A stretch of DNA of 64,000 bases from an uncultured archaeon (lineage in GTDB: Archaea; Asgardarchaeota; Thorarchaeia; Thorarchaeales; Thorarchaeaceae), in the NCBI GenBank assembly GCA_964558645.1, contig CAZLEV010000007.1:1-64000 (forward strand). The letters are read 5' to 3'. Shown one piece after another: positions 10,925 through 19,607 of the stretch. Both the position numbers and the translations under genes were made by a program. The notes beneath the pieces are model-generated. The model saw only the letters and a program-made list of their open reading frames with translations. It was not told the origin of the DNA and made no database searches. Each line of letters starts with the position of its first letter. Position 1 is the first letter of the stretch.

Positions 10925-11089
10925 GGGTTCCCACTCCAGACTTGCTGAATGTGTGTAGTCCTGTTGTAATAAGATAAGCGCTTTGTCCTCAGCAATACCA
11001 CCCCACGTGTTTTTCCCTATGAAGACGAAGCTTTATCAAAAGAAACTCCTGCTATCCCTACAACGCAACGAGAGAGTTGGTGGGCAGCC

Positions 11090-11737
11090 ATGAACGACAC
11101 CCCAGAAATGAGATATGAGTTCTTCAGCGTGAAGGGGTTTATGGTTGGAGCTGTAATAATCTCGGGACTCCTCGTTTTACAGTCGCTTATATCCTTTCCA
11201 TCAATTTGGTTCGATGAGCCTGTCAGCTTTGGTGTCTTCATACTCGTATCTGCCATCGTTGTGGGATTCGCTTCGGGGGCAGTCCTCGTATACCTTATCC
11301 CTCCGAATCAGGACGTCATCGGATTGGCTGGCCTTGGCAGCGATGACCTACCTCAGAGCATGTCCCTCTTTCTCGTAATACTTGCTCTCATCCAGCCCAT
11401 GTTCTCAGGCTTCATACTCTTCTATCAGTACTTCGGAAGCGACCCTCTTATTCCAGTCTGGATTCTTGCAGGATTTGGTGCGCCAAGTGCGGGTTTTGCT
11501 GCGGCTATGTTCGACCGCCAGAAGAGGATTGCCCACGACCTCCGGATTTACTTTCAGGAGCACGACCGACTCAACATGGTTTCTCTTGAGTGGCTGCACG
11601 GGCTCGGACCGCGCACAGCGACATATCGGATGGGAATGCTCGAGAGCGCAGCCTCAAGGATCGACAATCTTCGTGTTGTCGGCCACGAGATAATCCGGGA
11701 AGGAACGGTGGCAAAACAAGAGAGCATTGAGGGCTAA
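11090..11737 (+). CDS. Hypothetical membrane protein (about 4 TM helices)
   Basis: Four hydrophobic segments plus a soluble C-terminal tail; TATA-like AAGCTTTATC near 11028. Confidence 0.65.
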   Translation: MNDTPEMRYEFFSVKGFMVGAVIISGLLVLQSLISFPSIWFDEPVSFGVFILVSAIVVGFASGAVLVYLIPPNQDVIGLAGLGSDDLPQSMSLFLVILALIQPMFSGFILFYQYFGSDPLIPVWILAGFGAPSAGFAAAMFDRQKRIAHDLRIYFQEHDRLNMVSLEWLHGLGPRTATYRMGMLESAASRIDNLRVVGHEIIREGTVAKQESIEG

Positions 11738-12087
11738 TCGCTGTGCCGCTTCTGCATATGGACCCGAAGTCCTTCTTCTGTCCATGCGTACCAGTTGCAT
11801 TTCAGGCAAGTGAATTTCTTGCTTCCCAAGCCGAATCTTGGTGGAGGCTTCTCTGTGAGTTCGTAGATTGTCCCGCCATATCCGGATCGTTTCTTGGTCT
11901 CAACCTTGAAGCGTTTTTCGAAGCAGTCCTGACAGATGCCTGTTCTCTTCCGTTCGTCATTGATGAACGTCTGTTCGAGAGTCTTCGCTGGGGCATATGG
12001 TTCCATCTCTTTGCCACAGCTTTCGCAACGCTCAGGTATCCTTATCACCCGTGTTGATGTCCAAGACCCAAAGGGGGTAGTTGTCAT
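11734..12087 (-). CDS. Small zinc-finger protein (CxxC..CxxC plus C-terminal C2H2 finger)
   Basis: CESC, CQDC, and FTCLKCNWYAWTEEGLRVHMQKRH (C-x2-C-x12-H-x4-H). Confidence 0.75.
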   Translation of the reverse strand: MTTTPFGSWTSTRVIRIPERCESCGKEMEPYAPAKTLEQTFINDERKRTGICQDCFEKRFKVETKKRSGYGGTIYELTEKPPPRFGLGSKKFTCLKCNWYAWTEEGLRVHMQKRHSD

Positions 12088-12160
12088 TGCAGTATCAGTG
12101 CATTCGACTATTTGACTCTCGTGGTTGGATTAGGACACATCACCCAAATAAGCTAATGTG

Positions 12161-13438
12161 TTATGTGTTTGAAATCTTGGCATCGTAAAGGTCTGCAGCA
12201 GTCTGAAATGCGTCTTCCACACCCTGATTGGTAAGACATGAGGTTTCGATGAACGCCACCGGATGAAGACTGTCTTCATCTCCTAGGCGATGTGCAATTG
12301 CCTCGGCTGCCTTGAAACCTTCTTCGTAAGCGATTGGTGGTTCCTCCCATTCTTCATCAAGGCCTGAGCGTTCATCTATCTTGTTTGCCACAAGAACGAT
12401 TGGCGGAATCTTCTCAGATGTCATAGCGACTTCACGAATCCAGAAGTCAACGCTCTCAAAGCTCCATCTATCTGACGCTGAATAGACAATGAGCAGGACA
12501 TCAGGACTTGAGTAGTAGGTCTTCCGGTCGATTCTGGATTCAACTGCATAGTCGAAGCACCAGACGTGGATACTTACCCTATGATTTGCCGTATCGAAGA
12601 CGCGCTCATAGATGTACTTCGATACTTCGTCCTCATCCTCGTCCATGCAATGAGGACAGAGGTTGGCCTTGGCCATCAGGGACCTTTTGCCAACAGACTT
12701 CTCGCCAAGAATGAGTACCTTCGCCTCAACCAATGGTTTGATTTGATGTGGTGACACTCTTGATACCGCTTCGTCTTCTTCATTCAGCTCCTGCTCAGTG
12801 TAGTCAAGAGAAGTGGCTGGCGTGTGTTCAACCACCTCCGATACTAGGATTTCAGACGCTCTGCTTCCTGACGAAGCCCTGATCTCCATTTCTCCGGTGA
12901 GATTTATCCTGATTTTCGGGCTGCTCTTCTCCTTCTCGTGTCCATGAGGCGACATAAAGGTATCAGACATACGCTCTACAGCAGTGAGTGCTTCTGTTAT
13001 CCCATCATAATCCTCTGGCAGATCGGTTCGAGAGGGTTTTGCTTCCTGCTTAGCGACAAATCTTGCTGCGACCTCTTCCTCGATCTTGGTTACACCTGCA
13101 GATGGTCCGGGCGTTAGCTTGGCACCTTTGCTGTGACTGATAGAAGAAGCCGGCCTCTCTTCTGGTTCCTCTCTCACGGCTTGGTCAGAAGTCGGTTCGA
13201 TTTCTTCCTCCACCATTATTGACTTGGCGACAGGTACTCCTATTTCCTCTAACGTATCCCGAAGAACCCGGTTTGCAATCAGCTTACCGCGAGCTCGAAA
13301 GTAAAGATTCAAGTCATTCAATACATCTTCGAACGACCTATTCTTGATCTTGATTTTCTTCTTGATAATCCCCTTATCCCGGAGCTCAACGTATGTCGAC
13401 AGAAGAGCGACCGAAACTGTTGTTCCAGGGATTATCAT
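12161..13438 (-). CDS. Rab/Ras-like small GTPase domain with long N-terminal extension (degenerate G1/G3)
   Basis: KVLILGEKSVGKRS, LLIVYSASDRWSFESVDFWI, VLVANKID (G4), FIETSCLTNQGVEDAF (G5); DxxG replaced by WCFD. Confidence 0.82.
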   Translation of the reverse strand: MIIPGTTVSVALLSTYVELRDKGIIKKKIKIKNRSFEDVLNDLNLYFRARGKLIANRVLRDTLEEIGVPVAKSIMVEEEIEPTSDQAVREEPEERPASSISHSKGAKLTPGPSAGVTKIEEEVAARFVAKQEAKPSRTDLPEDYDGITEALTAVERMSDTFMSPHGHEKEKSSPKIRINLTGEMEIRASSGSRASEILVSEVVEHTPATSLDYTEQELNEEDEAVSRVSPHQIKPLVEAKVLILGEKSVGKRSLMAKANLCPHCMDEDEDEVSKYIYERVFDTANHRVSIHVWCFDYAVESRIDRKTYYSSPDVLLIVYSASDRWSFESVDFWIREVAMTSEKIPPIVLVANKIDERSGLDEEWEEPPIAYEEGFKAAEAIAHRLGDEDSLHPVAFIETSCLTNQGVEDAFQTAADLYDAKISNT

Positions 13439-13538
13439 GTGTCAGCTACTCCACAACGAGTTCTGTGGTGAGAGTGCCTTTCCAAAGTCTTAACTGTTTC
13501 GCAGAGTAGCATGTAGGGATCTACTGTTCCTCACGTAG

Positions 13539-14168
13539 ATGCTCCCGATAGAAAGAAATATGTCTGATACACACTCTGATTTGCTCTGGGAAAAGACTAT
13601 GACCAACGAAGAAACCGATTTCCGTGACTGGGTTGATGTAATTACCGATTGGCCTGAACCAGGTAAGGCTGTCTGTGACATCAGTCGACTTCTTGAACAC
13701 CCAACAGTTTTCCATCAAGCTGTGGTGGCTCTAGCAAGGCCACTTGTCGAGCTCGCACCTAACAAGGTTTTGGGAATCGAACAGAGAGGTCTCGCACTTG
13801 GAAGCGCAATTGCATACTACTTGGGTTGCGGTATCGTGCCCGCGCGTTCCATTGCCTATGTGCCTGACGACTATAAACGACCGGTTGAATTCCTCCCCTC
13901 CAGTATGTTTGCAGATCGAAGACTTGCCCTCGTATCAGAATCAATCGATAAAGGCGATAGAGTCGCAATTGTCGATGATTGGCTGGTGCAAGGTACAACA
14001 GTACTGGCAGTCAAGAAACTTCTTGAGGAAAAGCTAGGTGCTACAGTCGTTGGCATCTCATGTGTGATTAACAACCTCTCTGAAACAAGGCTGAAGCTAC
14101 TGGGCCGACCAGAGGTATTTGAGTTAATCCGAAATCTCCAGGCTGATATTCTGAACCCTGTCGATTGA
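13539..14168 (+). CDS. Adenine phosphoribosyltransferase-like protein (type I PRTase)
   Basis: DWPEPG..CDISRLL, LGIEQRG, PRPP loop VAIVDDWLVQGTT. True start may be ATG 13560 or 13599. Confidence 0.78.
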   Translation: MLPIERNMSDTHSDLLWEKTMTNEETDFRDWVDVITDWPEPGKAVCDISRLLEHPTVFHQAVVALARPLVELAPNKVLGIEQRGLALGSAIAYYLGCGIVPARSIAYVPDDYKRPVEFLPSSMFADRRLALVSESIDKGDRVAIVDDWLVQGTTVLAVKKLLEEKLGATVVGISCVINNLSETRLKLLGRPEVFELIRNLQADILNPVD

Positions 14169-14386
14169 ATTAATCGGGGATTGGTTAGGATCCTATGCCG
14201 CACCAACTTCGTTCGGATGATTGGTGATTAATGTTGGCCATTAACTGAGCGGTTATAGTCAAACGGTATAGGTTTCCCGTAAGCCGTATGAGAACCAAAC
14301 CCATTCGCACTGCATATTGCCTATCACCCGGGCAAATCAGACAAAGGGGAGAAAGCTTATTGCCGAAGAGATGCGCTTCTTGGACT

Positions 14387-14701
14387 ATGAGCGGGGTGCC
14401 AAAACAGGAGTGGAATGAGGCCGACAGGTCACAGAAGCTGGAGATACTTCGGGAGCTTGCACATCATTCCGAAATCGAGCACGACTTCTTCAGAGATCTA
14501 CTCGCTGATTTTTTGAGAGGGGGAACGCTAGACGTAGAAGCTTGGTCTGAAGCAGCAGTGATGGAAGCACTGATTCTTGCCAGACAGGAGAATGTCACTA
14601 TTACCTTTAGAAATAAGAGACACGAGGTCACTGTGGTCACCTATCCTGAGGGAGTCGCACTGGAGATCCTAGCGCAATCTATTGTCACAGGTGTCTGGTG
14701 A
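14387..14701 (+). CDS. Hypothetical protein
   Basis: Helical, protein-like composition from MSGVPKQEW; TATA-like GAAAGCTTAT at 14351-14360 would fit a leaderless start at 14387. Confidence 0.5.
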   Translation: MSGVPKQEWNEADRSQKLEILRELAHHSEIEHDFFRDLLADFLRGGTLDVEAWSEAAVMEALILARQENVTITFRNKRHEVTVVTYPEGVALEILAQSIVTGVW

Positions 14702-14785
14702 ACTCTCGTGTCTGCTCCGTGTTCTTCAAGTCCAGCCCGAAAGACACTGAACTCTAATGCACCTTCACAACTGGCAACGTGAGAT

Positions 14786-16327
14786 CTAGACCTGTGTACA
14801 AAGACCAAACACCGATGTGTCTGTAGTCAGGGTCACCGGTTTCGCTTGGATATGCTTAGCTGTTCGCTGGTGGTAGGAGCTCTCCATCTTCAACAGAGTT
14901 GTGGGATTGAGAGCACCTACGGTCCGTACATACTCGAACTCGTAGTTTTGTTCGCAGAGCGACTGCTCGAACGCACGAATGAAGTCCAAACTCTGAACAT
15001 CATCGTGATTGAACATCGCGGCTACTTTGTACGATGCTATCCCATCTTCTATCACACCAACAACAGTGTAGTCTTGTACCTCTGCGCCTGTAACCTTACA
15101 CGCATAACCCATGGCCTTTGAGACATGCTTATCGCTGATCTTCTCACCGGCAAGACTCACGACGCGACCTTTGCGGCCGATGGAACTCACCATGTATGGG
15201 TCAGTGCCAGTGACTGTGACCAAGTCCCCGATGCGGTACCGTACATAACCCATGGTGTTTGTGATAACCATTTCATATCTATGGTTCTTCTTCAAGTCGG
15301 CCAGCGGTACAACCTCTGGTTGCTCCTTCTCTGTTTCGGTTTCGGGGATGAATTCTAAGTAGTTGGTGTGTGGTAGCAAGACAACCCCTTCCTCAGGCCA
15401 GAATTGGCAGCCATAGTATCCCTCAGACCCAGCATAGGCCTCCCACATCCAGGTGTTCGGAAGGGTCTTGCGAATCCACTCCCGATAAGGATCGGTGTCG
15501 ATCCCAGTTACAACCAGCTGCCTGAGCCTGGGCCAGAGCACTGAGATGTCCAGTGTGCCATCATCATTGAGAGCCTCACGTACTCGTTGTTCATACTTGG
15601 TTCCCTTATACTCCCGAAGAAGCCACGGGCCGTACTCGTTCTGCATGCGCCTGAAGAACGCCAAGCTCAAGGTCGTGATGCCTGCAAAGACGGTGATGTC
15701 TTGCTCGACTGCCACACGAGCGTACATCCGCATTTTACGCTCTAGGTCAGTTTCATTAAATATATCGGGACCGGGCTTTATCATACGCCTGAACAGGAAA
15801 TTTGCCCCGAGTTTTGGCGCTATTCCCGTCATATACCCAAGCGGAAGGTCGTGGTGCTTCTTCAGCTCTGCAGGGGCTCCGAACATGATGATCGATCCGT
15901 CGAAGATGGATGCATTATCCTCGTGTGCATCGATGAAGGTCATTTGGGTCGCAGTTGAGCCTGCCATCCAGCTACTCATGCCTCGTTTTGTAATTGGCAG
16001 TACTTTTGGATGGCCTGTTGACCCCGATGTCTGGACGTACCAGACCACAGGATCAGGACTCAGGATTTTCCCATCTGGATACTCATATACTCGCTCAAGA
16101 TAGGGCCTGTATGAGTGATAGTCCATGAGGGGAACCTCCTCTGCGAACTCCTCTGGTGTGTTCAATGTTCCAATTCCAAACTCCTTTCCGAGGACTGTAT
16201 CCCGGTGGAGTGTGATTATGTCTTCCAGCAACGCCTCTGTGGCCTCAACAGGATGAGAAATGATGTTGTTCAGCTTCCTCACCTTGCGTGATGCCATGAC
16301 CGAGACGAGCTTAGTCAGAATCGTCAA
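14786..16327 (-). CDS. GH3-family acyl-acid amido synthetase (adenylate-forming)
   Basis: QTSGSTGHPKVLP, YAGSEG and RYRIGD match the three GH3 nucleotide-binding motifs; C-terminal GRK..VSLAGEK. Confidence 0.85.
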   Translation of the reverse strand: MTILTKLVSVMASRKVRKLNNIISHPVEATEALLEDIITLHRDTVLGKEFGIGTLNTPEEFAEEVPLMDYHSYRPYLERVYEYPDGKILSPDPVVWYVQTSGSTGHPKVLPITKRGMSSWMAGSTATQMTFIDAHEDNASIFDGSIIMFGAPAELKKHHDLPLGYMTGIAPKLGANFLFRRMIKPGPDIFNETDLERKMRMYARVAVEQDITVFAGITTLSLAFFRRMQNEYGPWLLREYKGTKYEQRVREALNDDGTLDISVLWPRLRQLVVTGIDTDPYREWIRKTLPNTWMWEAYAGSEGYYGCQFWPEEGVVLLPHTNYLEFIPETETEKEQPEVVPLADLKKNHRYEMVITNTMGYVRYRIGDLVTVTGTDPYMVSSIGRKGRVVSLAGEKISDKHVSKAMGYACKVTGAEVQDYTVVGVIEDGIASYKVAAMFNHDDVQSLDFIRAFEQSLCEQNYEFEYVRTVGALNPTTLLKMESSYHQRTAKHIQAKPVTLTTDTSVFGLCTQV

Positions 16328-16454
16328 CTCTTTTCAACTCCAATGGTCGGAACTCAGAGTCCAACCCATGAGTATGACTGAGTTAGAACTATCATAAGTT
16401 GTACCTCGAACCCACTGGAGCTATTTTGTGTCTGTTTTAGGCCGACGCAGTCGC

Positions 16455-16558
16455 CATAACGCCGTGTTATAACTATAATAATAGCAAAAGTGTGCAAAGC
16501 GTTTGAAATATTACCATAAACCCTCGCAATCAATGACATTGGACAAAAGTATACACAA
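16455..16558 (+). promoter_or_regulatory. Composite motif copy A: core TTGGACAAAAGTATACACAA (16539-16558), with upstream 30-nt-spaced CATAA boxes and TAACTATAA
   Basis: Core matches the reverse complement of 36623-36642 at 18/20 and of 18741-18757 at 16/17; upstream sub-motifs keep the same spacing as copy B. Confidence 0.6.
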
Positions 16559-16604
16559 AAAGTCAAATTCTCCTGAAGAAGATGGGGAGTTAGATGATTC
16601 CGTC

Positions 16605-18578
16605 ATGTTTGAGAAAGAGGTCATCGCCTACAGCTTTGATGACGCAGTAGACGCTATCCTGACCGTATCAGATGTGGGAATTGAGCTCAAGGATCCCCGC
16701 TCAGGAAAAGGACTTGCGGCCGACTATCACAGTTACAATCTTGATACAGCGATATTCAGAACCATGGGTGGAGAATTCTGTGAGGAACGTCTGAATAGGA
16801 AACTCAGAGTCAACAGGGCGGCAGAGGTATTCACTGAGGCATATGAACCAGGTGATATGACCGGAGTCACCAGTCGTTTTTACCCACCATCAAAGTACCC
16901 TTGGTTCTGTCGCTTGCTCGAGGGAAAATCTTTGGGTACCTATCTTTTTCAGAAAACCGCTGGTGAGGACTCACTTCTAACCATCATCCAGAACGGAGAA
17001 GTGCTTCACATGCATGCCATCAAGCCCTACGAGCTGGAGGCTTTTCGACTGATGAAATATGAACGTCTATCAGCAGAAGCGAGTCCATACCTCATGAGAG
17101 GGCCAGAGGATGAAAGAGTCCGTCGACGATTGCTTGATTCGCTCGATGGAGAATCACCGAGCTTCAGGACACTATTTCGGTTGACACGAGGTTATCCGAT
17201 CACGGGTTTTCAGATGGGGAAGACAGCACGTGAGACTATCGATCAGCTTGTACCCAAACACATTCCGGAGCAATGGCGAGAAGAACTCATGGCGTTTCTC
17301 GCCAATATGAACTCTCTGGAGATTCCAAGAATTGAGCCACTGGAATACTATGTAGATAGATACAAGGCTGCACCTCTCTACTGCAGATATGAGATTGAAC
17401 ACCTTGTGCGCAAAGCTCTTGGACGAGAGACCCCGGATTACGTACGTCTTCTTCATGAGGGAAAGGGCAACCCCAACCTCATATCTTCGGAGATGGGAAA
17501 AAGCTACATGCCATACGCACGCCTGCTGGAATCCCCCAACTCACCAGAACTACTCGAACTGTATAAGAAAATGAACAAGTCAGGTCGGGTGTACTCGCGT
17601 ATGCCCATTACTCCTGAAGACGCTCTGAGTGACACAAAGATGTGGGGTCTTCGGGGTGAGATGCTCTGTCTTGATGTTGTAGCAGTTCGGGGCGGCATAC
17701 ACCATCCGAAGATAGGGCTGCGAAAGGTGGTGCATATCGGTCGAGCTCATGGCTGGCCGCATCGTCACCTGATATGGAGCGCGGAGATGAAAGATGTGAG
17801 CCGTCAAGAATATGCATCTACAGCAATTCGCGAACCTAGGCTAAACCTGTTACTGATGCCGCTTGCATCTTGCGAGCAACTAACGCATGTCCTGAGACAG
17901 TCTGCAAGAGTGGTGGACTGGAGCTACCGATTCACCAACCTGCGTAGGAAGACTAACGTCGCGCTCATAAGCAAGGCAATCACTGAGAAGTCATCATTGT
18001 CAGACCTGCGCAAGAAATACGGGCCTCGTGACGACAAGGTCTATAGCTTGTCTGAGAAGGAACTGGAAGTATTGGACGTACTCACATCTACTAGGGGTAT
18101 TGACCTTGAGCTGGGTGTCTTCTTCTCCGATATCACAAGAGCGGAGATCGAAGACATTGGAGCGGACTTGATGGGGAGAGAAATCCTCCATCTCTCCTAT
18201 GGTCCGAATCATAGGGCAGGGTCAGTAGTCCTTCTGTGGATGAGTAATGTGAGCTTGGGCGGCAATGCGGAAAACATACTCTCAGTGACGGCCGCGTTAC
18301 TACGATATGCATACTATGGTACAGTCTACGTATCGCATCCAGAGAGGAATCTATGCGAGGTCTTTGCTGTGATACGGGTTCCTAATCAGGACAAGCTCTT
18401 CCTTGGGGGTGAGCTCCAGAAGGTTGCCAATTGTCATGGGATAGACTTACGACTGTTCGAGTTTGTGAGTAGGTGGAACCAGACTCGTTCTCTCCATCAG
18501 CGGATATATGACCATGAGGCTGGCTGGAGTAGCGATATTAGCGGGTTACTCTCACAGATTCGATCATTTTCTGAGTAG
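16605..18578 (+). CDS. Large hypothetical protein with putative C-terminal wHTH + ferredoxin-like (Lrp/AsnC-type) module
   Basis: Open frame from 16503; ATG 16605 chosen because upstream codons overlap the motif. C-terminal 'LSEKELEVLDVL...ITRAEIEDIGADLMGREIL' followed by a beta/alpha pattern; domain call is inference. Confidence 0.6.
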   Translation: MFEKEVIAYSFDDAVDAILTVSDVGIELKDPRSGKGLAADYHSYNLDTAIFRTMGGEFCEERLNRKLRVNRAAEVFTEAYEPGDMTGVTSRFYPPSKYPWFCRLLEGKSLGTYLFQKTAGEDSLLTIIQNGEVLHMHAIKPYELEAFRLMKYERLSAEASPYLMRGPEDERVRRRLLDSLDGESPSFRTLFRLTRGYPITGFQMGKTARETIDQLVPKHIPEQWREELMAFLANMNSLEIPRIEPLEYYVDRYKAAPLYCRYEIEHLVRKALGRETPDYVRLLHEGKGNPNLISSEMGKSYMPYARLLESPNSPELLELYKKMNKSGRVYSRMPITPEDALSDTKMWGLRGEMLCLDVVAVRGGIHHPKIGLRKVVHIGRAHGWPHRHLIWSAEMKDVSRQEYASTAIREPRLNLLLMPLASCEQLTHVLRQSARVVDWSYRFTNLRRKTNVALISKAITEKSSLSDLRKKYGPRDDKVYSLSEKELEVLDVLTSTRGIDLELGVFFSDITRAEIEDIGADLMGREILHLSYGPNHRAGSVVLLWMSNVSLGGNAENILSVTAALLRYAYYGTVYVSHPERNLCEVFAVIRVPNQDKLFLGGELQKVANCHGIDLRLFEFVSRWNQTRSLHQRIYDHEAGWSSDISGLLSQIRSFSE

Positions 18579-18606
18579 CAGCCCGACCTAAAGGAATTAG
18601 GCTGCT
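18577..18606 (+). terminator. Possible hairpin just after the 16605 gene
   Basis: AGCAGCC (18577-18583) pairs with GGCTGCT (18600-18606); no T-tract. Confidence 0.25.
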
Positions 18607-18735
18607 TGACCTGCCTATCTTTGAGGACATCGGTTGCCTTTGCCAGTTTCAAGAATCCCCTGTCATGTGTTTATCTGGTCGCTGAGATCTCTTTAGTACA
18701 AGCTGCGGCATCCTCTGAATCTCACATTGTATCAC

Positions 18736-18841
18736 TTGTTTGTATACATTTGTCCAAAGAGAAGAATGGAGAGGCATTATAATACCCTCGAAACTCCAGA
18801 GAGCGCTTATGAGCAAATAATAGTAATAAGGAGGCATTATG
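18736..18841 (-). promoter_or_regulatory. Composite motif copy B: core TTGGACAAATGTATACA on the minus strand (18757-18741), plus three 30-nt-periodic repeats
   Basis: Plus-strand GAGGCATTAT (18771), GAGCGCTTAT (18801), GAGGCATTAT (18831); lies about 100-200 nt upstream of the operon's first gene. Confidence 0.6.
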
Positions 18842-18941
18842 AACAGAATAAATGCGCCTATACAGAACGCATAGTCCGTATCGCCATGCGGGCGAAGACT
18901 GAATACTTCTCTGGATAGAATATCTCCATAGGTGAAAATGG

Positions 18942-19607
18942 ATGTTACTTAGTCTACTTCCAGAGATGTGCTCGAGTCAGACGGTTGACTTGCTGAAGTC
19001 CATAAGCAGGTACAATACCGCAGACAGGGTACTCGTAAGCTCATTGAGCCACAGGTCATCTCTTACCATGCTCTGGGGGTTGCGGAGCACTATTCTCAAC
19101 ACGTTCGTTGAGCAGCCGCGGCGTTTCTTCCTTTGTGATATCCCTGCGCTAGTACCTGCTCTTGTTGCTATAACTCAGCCAGGAATACAGGGCGGCGCAA
19201 TTGTGCGGAACGATACCACGAAGGTCTACATGAGTTTCGATGATAGAAGCCCTATACATACGTTACGCACAGCATCACAAGTCCTTGCCATGTGGGATCG
19301 TCATTGTGAGCTGTTCTACGACTGCCTTTTGAAGGAGTCAGAAGACTTGCTTCCGGAAGCTACGCGCAGGCGATGGATGGATTTCCTCTCCTCTGCCTCA
19401 GGCTTGATTGCGGGATCGGCCGGTTGGTCGACGAACACACATAGGTCTACGGCGCTGAGGATTCTAGTGTCGACCGCTGACACGATGCTATGTTCTGCTT
19501 TCAGTCGAGAGCGTCTTCGGGACCCCCTGCTATCTTCAGTAGTCAACTTCCTGCATACTGAGCAGGCTTACCAGGCGCATCAGACTGCAGGGGGTGTTAC
19601 GGCATGA
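18942..19607 (+). CDS. Hypothetical protein, first gene of the recombination operon
   Basis: AGGTGA SD-like sequence at 18930; stop overlaps the next start (ATGA); no recognisable motif. Confidence 0.65.
   Translation: MLLSLLPEMCSSQTVDLLKSISRYNTADRVLVSSLSHRSSLTMLWGLRSTILNTFVEQPRRFFLCDIPALVPALVAITQPGIQGGAIVRNDTTKVYMSFDDRSPIHTLRTASQVLAMWDRHCELFYDCLLKESEDLLPEATRRRWMDFLSSASGLIAGSAGWSTNTHRSTALRILVSTADTMLCSAFSRERLRDPLLSSVVNFLHTEQAYQAHQTAGGVTA

Noticed and set aside
18771-18840. Periodic repeats as a mini CRISPR array
   Set aside because: Repeats are 10 nt with 20-nt spacers, far shorter than CRISPR units, and there are no cas genes in the window.
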